The notes: generated from the sequence alone by a model not told the origin. DNA of 64,000 bases from the human T2T-CHM13v2.0 reference genome, Homo sapiens (GCA_009914755.4 CP068257.2:26688001-26752000), one strand, 5' to 3'; shown: positions 11,578 to 25,403, numbered from the stretch's first letter. Numbers and translations are program-made.

Positions 11578-14500
11578 AGGATATATGTGTACATCAGAAT
11601 TACTGAAATGCTAGTTGATACTCAGCTATACAGGTTATATTATACTGTTTCAAAACAATAATAAGAACAACACAAAATAAGCTTACAATGTTTAAAAACA
11701 TACAACTTTTAAGAGGTAAGAAAAGTTGCTTGTGGTTTTTTGAAGTCAGATAATTAATAGAAGAAAACTTTCAAACTTTTGGTAAAATACAACTTTTAAT
11801 CAGAAGATTAGAAATTAAACAGAAAAGGACCTACCGCTAATAAAGAAATAATCATTAACCTATTGATGTGTCTCTTTCTTATAACGGAAAGTGCTAGGAA
11901 TACACAATACATTGTTTAAAGTTTTGCAATTTATCATTCTTCCCTAGAAAGGCAGAAGATGAAATGCCATCAAAAGCCTCAACTTCTGAGTCTGTCCTTC
12001 TCTTGTAACTTGGATTACTGAACTCTTTGTATCATCTGTTCCCTTTGTGGATTTATTTTCAAGAGAAAAATATACGTTAGTCTTCACAGGACTAAACTTT
12101 TTAAGTCTACGAAAAGGCTTCATCAGAAATTTATATACTTAGTGGTTGGAGTGAAGAGAGAGACCATCATTTTAATCAGATTCTCAAAGGCATCTATGTC
12201 CCCACCTTCCCAAAAGGATAAAAATTACCATAAAAAGTCTCTGATTTGAATTACACAACTCTATTCCCTATGAGTAAATCATAAAATTTAGGTGGCATGT
12301 TACTGCCATCTTGTGTCTAGTGAGTATCTCTTTCAGTTTCCATTAAGTGTGCTAGTTGGAGTGATCAATAAAGAAACATTCTAAATTCAACCTGTAGGAT
12401 TCTGCAGGGACTTACATGAACAAAACATGGAAAAACAATGAACTTCAAGCTATAGGTCCCTTAAAGCATTATTAGAATTATTGTCTAAAAGAGTTTTAAT
12501 AAATTATAGGGCTGCTCATGATTAAAGATTTCTCCTTAATAGTTTTAGTCTTAAACAACTCATACTTAGAGCAGGAATTAGAATTGGCAGGAATCTCATA
12601 AGAAAGGACACCTAGATAATAATTTTTCTGCAACCGAAGGCAAGGAAATATCACTAATTCATTGAGATGTTGCAATTAGTTTTTAAATCTTGGATTCTTA
12701 AGGTGAATTTCTCCAAGTTTCTGAGTATTCCACCCAACATGTGCCAAACTTCAAAACTTTCTAAAGTTTAGGCATTTCAACTTGAAAAAAAAATTTTAAA
12801 GCACAAACATAAAAGGAAAATGCTGTGATGTATTACACAAAATCAGAATAATTTTTCAGCATTGTGATTTTTAGTTATCTGGCCAAACTGTCTGTGTTGA
12901 TTTCACATACAATTTAAGAACTAAAATTGCTTTTTGAACACTTATGTATAAAAAGTGATTGTAATTCTAAAATAATCCAGAAATTTAAGAAATGGAGGAT
13001 TAGTTACAGACATCAGAAAGAAAACACAAAAGTTCCAATGCTAACCAGCCAGTCCAGCATGAACTTTTGAATATTATCAACTTCCCAACTGCATGGGAAG
13101 ATGATTGGAGAGAGCTGGCAACTGCTTTTGAGTAATAAGTATATTTTGGAGCTCAATGGAAAGAAGAACTATTAATTTTCTTTCTCACTAGTGTGACTAC
13201 AAAATTCTTAGTTGTAGAGGCATTCGCAGATATTATGAGGGTATTTCTAGCTAACAAATAATTTCTAGTTTAGAGGGAATTCAAAGTAACCCTTTGGTTA
13301 AAAGAGGATTTGGAAGCTGGTCTTGAAGCTGATTTTGAATAGCAGGGACACTGATCTGGTGACTTTGTGGGGAGAGCATCACTTAATACTGCTTTTGATA
13401 GATTGAAAACTGCTCTTTGAGAGAGGAAGAATTTGATCTCATGATATAGCACTTCAGTAAAAAAAAAAAAAGCAGAAATAAGTAGTATAAAAATAAGCAC
13501 CAATAAAGTTACCTTTTCAGGAGAAATTTTCTTCATATTATATTTTTATCTGGTTGGGGGGGTTGGGGGTTGGAGACAGATGAGTTTAATTCAAATTCTC
13601 CAACTGACAAGCATTACTCATATTATCTGGATCAACTCACGTTGTTTGAGTCTTTGATCATACAGCTGGCTTCCTAAACATGACAGGATTTCCTAAGACT
13701 CCTAAGATATACTTCTAACAGGACCCTCAGTTAAAACAAATCATGCACGTTTCCAGGATCTGTTTCTGAGCCACTCAGATTCTTCTATTAACAAGCATAT
13801 CTGAAGTCAGTGCCCTATACCCATTTTTAGACTCTCTTACCCGAGGGCAGCCTACCTCTCTGAATTGGCAGAACTATTGTTAGCATACTGCATTGTTCTG
13901 GGTTTGCCCATCTGATATGCCTATCCCAGAGGAAGAGCTGCAGGAACTGATAGAAGTTTGGAGAGCCATGTTTCCTTCCACTCCATGCTTCTTGACCAAT
14001 TAAAACAAAGCGCAGAAGCGGAAAAATCAGTAATCACATTACAAAAGAACACAGGCATAAAAATCTTTCATTTTGGACAGTGGAAACTCAATTTTGCTAT
14101 ATCTTCCTCAAAATTTGCTTAGAAATGACCACAGGAAAAAAAAAACAACAACAAAAACACAGAACCAGAAAAGACCTCATAAGGACATGTGAGGGGCTTC
14201 CGGCCAGTTTTATGTGCCCCTTGTGTCTCTGGCCACACCTGACTGAGAGCATAGATGTTCTCTTTGGCAATCTTTCCTGCTCTTTCACTCCAGTGGCAGC
14301 TGGTCTCCCCACTTCTCTTTGTGTTTACCCGATTCTATAGCTGCAGCATTCCCCCTTCTCTCACTGACATTGGCTGGACTTTGACTTGAAACTTGTTCTG
14401 TGCTTGTAGTGACCTCTGATGTTGACCTGTTACTATCTTCCACTAAAATGCTTCCCAATGAGCTTCCAGTCCCTGCTGGCACTTCTTTAGCCCTAAGGGG

Positions 14501-16078
14501 CGAGGATCCCTTCTTAATACCAGTACCTCCCTAGTATCAGCACCCTGAACACCAACCCATTACAAAAAATGATGAACTTCTCAACGACATTTCTAGCTTC
14601 CTCTCTTGAAAACTTTTGGAATGTTTTTCCAAGGGCTTGACCGGGGTACATTGACCAACACCACAAAGTGTTACAACGAGAGTACCCATTCCTCCACTCC
14701 CAGTGTTATCCTGTGGCCAGGATCAAGTCTAGGCAGCTCAGTTACTTTCCCACTCAAGATAAGCTCCCTTCTCATCCAAAGCACCTTGGAGAAATTGAAA
14801 TAACCTTTGACCCCACCCTGGGTGGAGGTGTCTTAAGCCTGCCTTCTAGATAAAAATGCTAGTTCCAGTGTTTTCTGCAACATTTCTCCTAGGGGAGTCA
14901 TTAATTTTTCATGAAGATCGTAGTGGCTTTTATTCCTAAGCTGAAATCAATAAAGTTAATATGTAAAACAAGCCTGTCCCGTGGGATATTTGTGTCACTT
15001 AAAATGCGGAACTACAAGCATGACTGGTAAAATTGGAATTTTTCCTAAATTTTTAAAGTTGAAATAAGGAGTAGTTTCTGTTTAACTATGTTTCATATTC
15101 ATTCCAAATTAGTGAAATGCACATAAATATTTTCTAAGCACTCTGTATTTTTTTAAAAAATTTCTTTTGTTGTTACTTATTTACCCCAAAATCACATTTT
15201 ATGACTTCAAATCATCTTCATTCTTTAAAGCTGTCATGGATTTGGCTCTTTCAGATTGATCTCAATATATTTCTGACTGTGGTAACGTCAAAAGCCAATA
15301 TCGATTTCTTTCAAAAAATACTGAAGAAAACACTCTCTATTCCAATAAAATAATTTTTAAAAATCATTTCTCTCTTAAACTAGTGTATTTTTAAAGAAGA
15401 ATTTAAATAAAAAGCAAGGCAAGCATTTCTACCCTTGTATATGACTACAATTCAAAAGCTTCGACAAAGTTGAAATTTTCTTATTGTCATTTGTCAGAAT
15501 ATATCTTGCAAAACAGATTTATTAGTATTTACCATCCATACGTTTAATTCTGTGTGAGAGTATGTATGTACTTTGGCAGTGCGGTGGAGTATTTGCATGC
15601 TTTAGGAATTTTTGAAAGGAAGCCCCAGGAAGCAGGATAGTTGATTTCCTTGACATAATCAGCTAAATGCCCATCATCAGCCACTTGTCTATAGATAAAG
15701 TAAGGAACCTAAGTGTGTTTTGAAGAGCATTAGAAGGGGGGAGGTACCTATCTATATTTCAATCCATATTTTTCACTGTCATATAATCCAACCCCACAAA
15801 CATATTCAATTGGTTTAATATCCATGGAGATATTTTCATAGTTCTACAACCATCCTTTGTCTTGTTCACATTTGAATTAAGCGTTTTCCTGAGTAAATTT
15901 CAAGGATAGAGTTTGAGAAATTTCAGGAACTCCTTTAGAACTGCCAAATAGAAAGTTTCTCATGTAGACAAATCATTTTTTACAATAATACAATACAGTA
16001 ATAAGAAAGAAAAATCACATAAATTACTAAAATCTATAATATCTATAATAGTAGAAAACTTGATGGTTACGAAGCAAC

Positions 16079-16380
16079 TTTTTTTTTTTTTTTTTTTGAG
16101 ACGGAGTCTCACTCTATCACCCAGACTGGAGTGTAGTGGCGCAATCTCAACTCACTGCAAACTCCGCCTCCCAGGTTCATGCCATTCTCCTGCCTCAGCC
16201 TCCTGAGTAGCTGGGACTGCAGGCGCCTGCCACCACTCTCAGCTAATTTTTTGTATTTTTTTGTAGAGATGGGGTTTTACCATGTTAGCCAGGATGGTTT
16301 TGACCTCCTGACCTCGTGATCCACCCGCCTTGGCCTCCCAAAGTGCTGGGATTACAGTCATGAGTCACCGCGCACGGCCA
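16079..16380 (-). mobile_element. Alu SINE, full length, minus orientation (poly-T = A-tail at the left end)
   Basis: 'tttttttttttttttttttgagacggagtctcactctatcacccagactggagtgtagtggcgcaatctcaactcactgcaa...ccaggatggttttgacctcctgacctcgtgatccacccgccttggcctcccaaagtgctgggattacagtcatgagtcaccgcgcacggcc' is the reverse complement of the Alu consensus. Confidence 0.9.
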
Positions 16381-16735
16381 GCGTTTTTGAAATTAATTCA
16401 AATTTCTGAAAATCTGACCAAATGAATATTTTTCTTTCTTATATATTATACGTGTTATATACTATATATATTTAAAATGCCAGTTTGAATAATTGGCTTC
16501 TTTGCATTAGATAGACATTTAAAATAAAAAAAAGAAATTGATTAAGATAAGTAAATAAACCAGTCTTTCCGATAACGCTACAAATTTATTCTAAGTTTTA
16601 CTCAGAATAACAAATACTATTTTAAATTTGCCATACCCTTAAGCATATATAATCAATAAGTTTCTTTAAATAATTGTTATTTGTAAGAATATATCTTGCA
16701 AAACAGATTTTCAAAGTTGAAATTTCTAAGGCATG

Positions 16736-16801
16736 CAACTAGAAAATGTTTGAGGAAAACATAAGAAAATTATGCCTTGTTTCTCAAACATTTTCTAGTT
16801 G
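16736..16801. repeat. Perfect inverted repeat (hairpin/cruciform-capable): two 19-bp arms separated by a 28-bp spacer
   Basis: Left arm 'caactagaaaatgtttgag' (16736-16754). Right arm 'ctcaaacattttctagttg' (16783-16801) is its exact reverse complement. Spacer is 'gaaaacataagaaaattatgccttgttt'. Confidence 0.85.
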
Positions 16802-17805
16802 TTGGTTTTAGTGGGAAGTTTCATATCACATATAAAGAACTTCCTTAAAAAATAAAAAATATGCCATAACTTTGGAATCATATAATATACCCCACTTACT
16901 AACTTGAGACACATGTTTTAAAATTATATTTAGAGAAAAGAGACTTTCAATGACAATTTGATTGTGAACACAGAATTATAATCGAAACTTGGTAGCACTA
17001 TGTGGCTTTTTTTCCAGACACAATAGGTAGGGTTTTGATTTGATCACATCTCCAGGAATTCAGTGTGGCTCACACTGAAATTGTTGTGGTTCACACAAGA
17101 TTGTTGAGCACAATCTTGGATTACACTCATTGAAACCTAGAAGGGGAAATGACCAACAAGAGATTTAACAGAAAGCATACTTTGCCATATGGCTTCTAAC
17201 TGTTTGCTCTTTGAAGCTCAGTGAGAGAGATCTGAGATACCACAGCAATGTTTTTCCTTTGTCATGAAAGATTTGTCTAGGAAGACAGCAGAAGCCATGA
17301 ATTTGACATGCTAGTCAAAATACAAGAAGTTTAAGGCAACAGATGAAAAAGCAGAGGGCCTGCAGCTGTTTCAAATGAGTTCCCATGGTGCTGAGCTTCT
17401 TTCGAAGAGGGCCCTATCTCAGAATAAAGCCACAAGAGTTCTTCCTACCACTAAACAGCCCTGTAGGTTAAAACCCATGACAGCCATTCTATTGACTTAA
17501 ATTTTGATAGATCCTTATTTAAGCATCGAAGTTTAGTCAGTAATCTTTTGCATAAATGGGATATAATTAGTGATGTATGAAAATTCACTAAATAAGCTTT
17601 CCTTCTTTGGCTTATGATCCTCAGAATTAATCAATAATCTTTTGCATTTTTTGTTCTAACTCTGGGAATTTTCATGCTATTCTGAACCTTGGATGTTTAA
17701 AATGCATAATAAAATACATGAAGTCCAACCTCTCCTCAATTAAAATCTAATAAGCTTTGAAAACTCTATTTTGAGGTATCACTAGAGATCATATTTTACA
17801 AAAGA

Positions 17806-18013
17806 TTGTATTATTCTGTTCTCACCCTGCTATGAAGAAATACCCAAGGCTGGTAATTTATAAAGAAAAGAGGTTTAATTGACTCACATTTCTGCATGGC
17901 TGGCAGCGGGGTGGGGGGTCCTCAGGAAACTTACAATCATGGCGGAAGGCACCTCTTTACAGGGTTGCAGGAGATAGAATGAGTGCCAGGAGGGGAAATG
18001 CTGGATGCTCCTA
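17806..18013 (-). mobile_element. THE1/MST-type MaLR LTR, 3' portion of a minus-strand copy that is split by a later insertion
   Basis: 'ttgtattattctgttctcaccctgctatgaagaaatacccaaggctggtaatttataaagaaaagaggtttaattgactcacatttctgcatggctgg...caatcatggcggaaggc' is the reverse complement of the THE1 LTR 3' end ('...ccatgattgtgaggcctcc...ctttcctttataaattacccagtctcgggtatgtctttattagcagtgtgagaacggactaatacag'). Confidence 0.7.
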
Positions 18014-18378
18014 TGATGTGGTTTGACTGTGTCCCCACCAAAATCTCATGTTGAATTTTAGCTCCCATAACCTCCATGTGTCATGGGAGGTACCCAGTGG
18101 GAGGTAATTGAATTGTGGGGCCTGGCCTTTCCTGTCCTGTTCTCGAAATAGTGAATAAGTCTCACAAGATCTGATGGTTTTATAAAGAGGAGATTCCCTG
18201 CATGTGCTTTCTTGCCTGCCACCATGTAAGACGTACCATTGCTTCTCCTTTGCCTTCCGCTATGATTGTGAGGCCTCCCCAGCCATGCTGAACTGTGAGT
18301 CTGTTAAGCCTCTTTCCTTCATAAATTACCCAGTCTCAGGTATGTCTTTATTAGCAGTGTGAGAACAGACTAATACAC
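18014..18378 (+). mobile_element. THE1-type MaLR solo LTR, complete (~365 bp), inserted into the older copy in opposite orientation
   Basis: 'tgatgtggtttgactgtgtccccaccaaaatctcatgttgaattttagctcccataacctccatgtgtcatgggaggtacccagtgggaggtaattgaattgtgggg...ccaccatgtaagacgtaccattgcttctcctttgccttccgctatgattgtgaggcctccccagccatgctgaactgtgagtctgttaagcctctttccttcataaattacccagtctcaggtatgtctttattagcagtgtgagaacagactaataca' is a near-complete match to the THE1 LTR consensus. It starts TG and ends CA. Confidence 0.8.
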
Positions 18379-18542
18379 TTATAAAGCCATCAGATCTCGT
18401 GAGAACTCACTATCACAAGAACAACTGGGAGAAACCTCCCCTATGATTCAATTACCTCCACTGGGTTCTTCTCACATGGGGGTGTTATGAGGATTACAAT
18501 TCAAGTTGAGATTTCGGTGGGGACATAGCCAAACGATATCAC
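18379..18542 (-). mobile_element. THE1/MST-type MaLR LTR, 5' portion of the split minus-strand copy
   Basis: 'ttataaagccatcagatctcgtgagaactcactatcacaagaacaactgggagaaacc...gattcaattacctccactgggttc...ggattacaattcaagttgagatttcggtggggacatagccaaacgatatca' is the reverse complement of the THE1 LTR 5' half ('tgatatggtttggctgtgtccccacccaaatctcatcttgaattgtagctcccataat...'). Confidence 0.7.
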
Positions 18543-18663
18543 CCATAGATCACCTTTTTTTTATTCATGAGTTAATTATTTTGAGAAAAGAATCTTAGTA
18601 TATTCCTAAAATTTAGAGAAAGACTTATGTCTAAAAGAATGTCCATTAGAAAATTGTCACTGG

Positions 18664-18988
18664 GGCCAGGTGTGGTGGGTTATGTCTGTAATCCCAGCAC
18701 TTTGGGAGCCCAAGGTGGGTGGATCACTTGAGGTCAGGAGTTGGAGACCAGCCCAACCAACATGGTGAAACCCCGTCTCCACTAAAAACACAAGTGTGTT
18801 GGCAGTGTGGTGTGTTATAGGTGTGGTGGCAGACACCTGTAATCCCAGCTACTCTGGAGGCTAAGGCAGGAGAATCGCTTGAACCTGGGGCCATAGGTTG
18901 CAGTGAGCCGAGATCACGCTACTGTACTCCAGCCTGGGTGACGGAGTGAAACTCCATCTCAAAAAAAAAAAAAAGAAAAGAAAAGAAA
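18664..18988 (+). mobile_element. Alu SINE, full length, with an A-rich (AAAAG)n-type tail
   Basis: 'ggccaggtgtggtgggttatgtctgtaatcccagcactttgggagcccaaggtgggtggatcacttgaggtcaggagttggagaccagcc...gcagtgagccgagatcacgctactgtactccagcctgggtgacggagtgaaactccatctcaaaaaaaaaaaaaagaaaagaaaagaaa'. Confidence 0.9.
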
Positions 18989-21844
18989 CTTGACACTGGT
19001 TGGTTTGTTTTGTTTTGTTTGGAGCATTGAAACAATTGTCTTCCAACTATTAATCCATCATAGCAAGGTTAAAATGTTAATGCAACTATTATATTTAAAA
19101 ATTAGCATCCTGATGAAATTATAAACTTGACCACATTGCAATAGCACCAACAATGGATTACTCATCACACATAATGACCCATTTCAAATTTAAATGATAT
19201 TATTTAGTGCAATTGAATTAGAATGATCAAATTTCTATCTAGAGGACATATGTGATGACTTTATAGTAAATTGCCATAAAGACAGTAGGCAGTGACATGA
19301 GAAGAGGTCAAACAATTTAAAGTCCAAAAGATATAGGAACTAAAGATGACTTTGCACCCAAACTTCTTTCTATTTTCTTTTTACCTGCTCTTCATGCAAT
19401 ATATAGGAACAACTTAGGGTTGTAATGCAGTGCCTGGGAGTTCCTTTATATCACATTTAGTTGCTATGAGAGTTCCTGGATGAGAAAATCAGGGACAATC
19501 CAAACGGAGTGGACATGGAGCAGAGGCAGAGAACAGCACATCACAGTGAGAAGGGAATAAAGAAGAATAAAGTCAATGCAAATTTGGCACTTTCCAACCA
19601 TTTGTTTCTCCTTGTGACTTTTAAAAATCTTTTGCTAGGCTATCTTTAAGCTATAATTCGTAGTCTCAACAGAAGGCACAGAGTGAGTAGTATCCAGACC
19701 ACTACAACTCAAGGAAAGAAGACCTTTCTTTAATGGATAGCAATTTAAGACTACAAGAGTTCACCGTTTTTACCATCCTTGGAACAATATGTGTGCCCTA
19801 GGGAGAGATAATTACTTTTAAGAACTTCAAATCTAGCACCTTTCACCAACTTAATTCTTTGAAAATGTTAGAAAAACATGACTTTTTTTCCTCAAACTTG
19901 TTCTGAACTGACTTCAATGTTCCCACCCAGGGAGCAATTCAGGAAAGATTCTTCTTGCCAACCTTTCATGGCTAAATTTCTCAAGCATGACCTAGGTTAG
20001 AGTAAAGTTGCTTCAGTCTTGGGATGATTGCCCTTTTTCCATTTATCGGTTTTACATTTTTGTTTCATCTCTGCAGGAAAGCATTTGTGTGGCTGGGGGA
20101 TGAGGAAGTGTGCTTTTTGTGGGATTGCATGGTCTCCTAAACTATGATTTTGTCACTTTAAGATGAAAATGCTGACAGCTAGGGTGGAGAGTCAAAGAAA
20201 TAAAATTAACGCCCTTGTCTGGTGTTCAAAGTAATGATTTCATATGAGTGTTACAATGATTGTTCCATACTAGGATAAAGACTCATGCTGATGAATGACT
20301 TAATAACCTATGGTAACTATGTGAAGTTGTTTTATTAAAGATGGTGGCCTACTGATCTCTGTCTCTTCTGAAAACAAAATGAGGATAAAGAAGTACAAAC
20401 TATACCCACAGCAAGAGAGATATAACAGATATTCTGGATTTTCTAATTACAGTAGTTGTTATGAAAGAAATCAATTTCTAAAAAATTGTAAGTGATCTCT
20501 AGTAAGAAATCAGTCTCCCTTAGTGAAATAAAAATATACCTGAAAGTGGCTTCCCCCCGCACCCCCACCCCCGGCCCAATGGTAGCTGGCATGCTTCATG
20601 GGACCCAAGCCTATGACATTAAAATTGACCTCCATTGCATTAAGGGAAAAAGACTCTTCTTCCACTTGTTTGTGTATATAAGGACCTTGAGTTCCCCACA
20701 TTTATTTCAGAGTCAAGAAGCAAAAGATTAAGCACTGGACATTAGTTAAATAATGTAATGATTTTCAATAAAATTCACAGGTTACCCCAACAATCATGGG
20801 TTAACTGTGTCCTATAAGAGCATAGTAAAATCTACAATCTTTTCATTATATTTGGTAGCAAAGCATACTGCACGGCTATAACTTCTTCTCTGCCCTTGCT
20901 CAGCTACTTCCTCTCCTCCAGTTCCCCTTTGCCATCCATGACCAGCCATGCACATGCATGAACAGTCAGAGGAGGAACAGGGATGCTCTTCAGGAACCGT
21001 TATGAGAGCCCCTGAGTGTCTGAGAAATGCAATTGCCTCCACTGCACTCCAACTCCTACCAATAGCTCCTTTCCCCATTCTTTTTTGGAGGAAAAGCTAG
21101 GTTCCTAACTCCACTTCAATCAGTCACAACTCACTTCATCACATGTGTCCTGGATGAAGTTATAAAATCAGATATCCAATGAAGAGAAATGGTGCAGGTA
21201 TTAACTTTGGGCTGATTTCCGGTGGTATATTCTCAGATTCTTGCCTCATTTCCTCTACTGTTTTGTCATAGAATGTTAAGGGTTTTCTAGAGACAATAAA
21301 GCTGAAAGCAATAGAAAGAAATCTTGGCTGGAAAATGAAAAGAAAATAATCCTTCAATATTAAGATCCTTTAAAAGGAGATGAAGGAATTACATTAAATG
21401 GCAATTACAGTGCAGTAAGGAAATGACTCCAAGGCTGGTAAGCTCATCATGATTTTGGGGGAGAATTCATAGTAGAACAGGAAAAGGCAAAGCTTTGGAA
21501 CCAGAACAGAGCCCCCAATGCATTTGTGCCTGAGGGATGTCACTGGGGCAAAGGCCATTCATGTAGAGGTCTGTGAGAAGGCCATCACTGAGGCCTCTCC
21601 TGTCTCCAGTGGCCCTACCTTTCCAGTGTGACCCAATTCTCAAGACATCTAAGAATTATTATCATGGCCTATGAACATCTGACTAGATGTTTAATTTACT
21701 CAGTGGCTCCCATGAACCTCACAAGACCTCACAGTTGGGGTGCTAAGAAATGTTGGGAATGGAGGAAAAAAAAGTTATCATTTTTAGTTACTTGATAAAA
21801 GTTAATCACAATTCAGTTGGTAAATTCTCAATCATCATTGTTCA

Positions 21845-22229
<385 letters not shown>

Positions 22230-22257
22230 TTATTTATAGGTTTAATTTATTACTTGA

Positions 22258-22540
22258 GTCTTCTCTTCCTTTGCTTCCCTTTCCTTTTCCTCCCTTCCTT
22301 CCTCCCTCCCTCCCTTCCTTCCTCCCTCCACCCTTCCTCCTTCCTTTCTTTCTCCCTCCCTCCCTCCCTCCTCCTTCTTCCTTCCTTCCTCCCTCCCTTT
22401 TTCTTCTCCTTCTCCTTCTCTTCCTCCTCTTCTTCTTCCTCCTCCTCCTCTTCCTCTTCTTCTCCTTCCTTCCTTCCTCTGTCCTTTCTCTCTCTTTCTC
22501 TCACTCTTCCTTTTTTTCTTTCTTTGTCTGTCCCCCTGAC
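22258..22540. repeat. ~280-bp near-pure polypyrimidine (CT-rich) / polypurine tract built from (CCTTCC), (CTCC) and (CTT) units
   Basis: The plus strand is almost exclusively C/T over ~280 bp ('ccttcctccctccctcccttccttcctccctcc...cttcttcttcctcctcctcctcttcctcttcttctcc...'). The three overlapping 104-148 aa ORFs here are low-complexity artefacts. Confidence 0.9.
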
Positions 22541-22774
22541 TTTAGAGAAAAGAAACTGTATCATCTACGGTTGTGTTCTGTCATAAGAATTTGATAAATA
22601 TTTGTTGGGCTGAATGAAACTGAAGGTTGTAGAAGTCACTCTTAGATTCTTGGAAATATAGTTGCTCAACTGTAAAATAGTCATACTATCTTTTTCTTAG
22701 GGTTGCTGGACTAATTTTAATAATTTGCCATATATGTCTGGTAAATTTCATGCCCTCAGCTAAATGGTTGTTGA

Positions 22775-23120
<346 letters not shown>

Positions 23121-25403
23121 AATATCTGTATTATTATCACTACTACTAATAATAATTGAGCTCCTAGGTGGGCCTGGGGTAAACTTTATCTGCTGAAGGC
23201 TTGAAGTGATTGTGTTTGTCCTCCAAATACAGTCTAAATGATTTCAGTAAAGCAGATACCACTTCTTTTTTGCATTTTTTTTCTGTTCCAATTATGTTCT
23301 TGGTTATGCTTTGTCTGCCTTTTACTTCTTATAATTTTTTTTCAAGTTTTCTTAAGATGACTTCTCTCATTCTAATGGTTTTAATATTAAATTTCTAAAT
23401 CTGGTTTTAAAATGAAGCAGGATTACAAAACAGAGAAGAGAACATGTTTGCAGATTAAGCTGGTATTAGATTAATAAATAAAAACTTTTTAACATGGGAA
23501 TGCCACAATTTTGTGGCAGCTGGGGACAAATGTTTCTAGTGTTTTTTGTGGCAGGGAAATGCAATCAGTTCATATGGAAGATGAATTTAGTTTTTGGATG
23601 TTCCTCCTTGTAATTAATAATAAATCCTGGTAAAAATAATGAGAGGAAAACACGAAACAGAAGAAAAGAATCTCCAATCTGTGACTGGAGTGTAACTGTT
23701 TGGATAATAATTATTGCCACATTTTTTGTATCATTACGAAAGTAAAATATCAGACCAACATTCACATTGTTTTATAAAAGAAAAACAGGAACATCATTTT
23801 GTTCCTGATACTTGGCACTGACATTTCTACATATTATTAGAAGTAGCATTTGTCCCTTTACTGTAATGTTCTGTTTTGAACAGATTGATTTTGACATTCT
23901 AACAAATAACCAACATGTAGGCAATTGAATATTTTGATTTTTTCCCAAAGAATTAGTTAAAACTTACATATACCTTTGAAGAGTCATCAACTTTTAGGTA
24001 GCATTTAATTAAAGCAATGAGACCAGATGAAATTACTTAGGGAATAAACAGAAATGCATAGACATTTTTGTTTGTTCTTAGTTGCCAATCATTGAAAAAA
24101 TGATAAATTATCAGGCAAGGTAACTGGTGATCAGTTTCATTATCAAAGAGGAATAAACAACTATAGAAACCAAAGGGAAATTGTCATATGAAAGTAAAAA
24201 TCCTTTTGGGATTAGATAGAGGGCACTGGTCTAGTAAGATAAAGCAACCACTCAAAATGTTAGAGGTGATTTGAAAGCTTGGTATCCCTTGCTGAAGCCA
24301 AATTTACATATACAGTTGATTTTACTATTTATTGAAGTTTACTTTCCCAGGAGAAAAAAGAAAAAAAAATGAATTTTTCATTTTCTGTTCTTCTTAAATT
24401 AGGCAAATTCTGAATAGATTTATATTTTACTAGCTCACATTCTACTTAAAATGAACAAGTACAAATATATAACTTTATAACCCTATTTTCTGACTTTCTA
24501 CTCTAGTCTGGCTTTCTCCTCATGCTGACTGCTTCCAGATTAATAATCTCAGAGCAATTCCAGAAGTGCAGGGGAGTCACATTCTCTATTTAATGTGCAG
24601 CAAAATGCCAATAGACTCTATTTGCCTAAATAACCAAAAAGATATCTATAAATATGCATGCATAAAAATCCTATAAAAAATAAAAGTGTTAAAGAAGTAA
24701 GTCCAATCAATTGTAAAAGTGTTTGCTGTCGTTGTTTTGAAGAGTTTCTTTCTTAGGTCTTTGGAACTATTTCACTTTGTATGGGAAGACAGCCTGATTT
24801 TTCATTAGTAGAAATAGTAGTGGTATAAAAACAGTAGTAATAGAAAAGATAGCGTATGTAAATATACTATTTCCGAGTTTAAGAATTGGTGAAGTAGGTT
24901 AAGAAACACAGCCATGAATCTTTCAGGGGTCATGGCACAGAGCAAAGATAAGCATAGAGTAATATGGAGGTGTTGTCTTGACTGAGCCTCTATCTAACTG
25001 AATACATGCTATTCAGGTCCTTCAAATCAATTTCTGCATGTTTATTTAATACATATAAGTTGCTGTGGTTGGAGTGGCTTACTGGATCACAATTCTCATC
25101 TCATTCCTTCAATTTAATATGGCTGAGCCTAAGAAGGGTCACTTCTTAAACTATGTTTATTTCACTTGGGAAACTAAATTTGTACAATGTTTAGAGAATA
25201 TAGCTTTTCTCTGCTCCTCTCAGAAACTGAAGGTTTGTTCACTCACATTTTTGACAGTTGATGATCACTCTCTACTGAGAGTTTATCTGGGGCTACCAAG
25301 GAGAAAACCTACACATGGCCTCTGTGCTTTCTCACAAAATGGTAGCTGAGTTTCAGAGACAAATGTTCTGAGAAAGAAATAGTGATGGAAATAAAGGGAG
25401 AAG

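Noticed and set aside
14080-14860. Cluster of five overlapping 61-86-aa ORFs in a moderately GC-richer stretch
   Set aside because: They overlap on both strands and show no similarity, no Kozak or splice context and no CpG retention. Probably an old unclassified repeat or unique sequence, not coding.
18861-19046. ORFs overlapping Alus (18861-19046, 22822-23029, 39137-39448, 39765-40073, 43488-43873)
   Set aside because: Alu-derived open frames ('...[26 protein letters not shown]...' type peptides). This is the standard artefact of Alu sequence.
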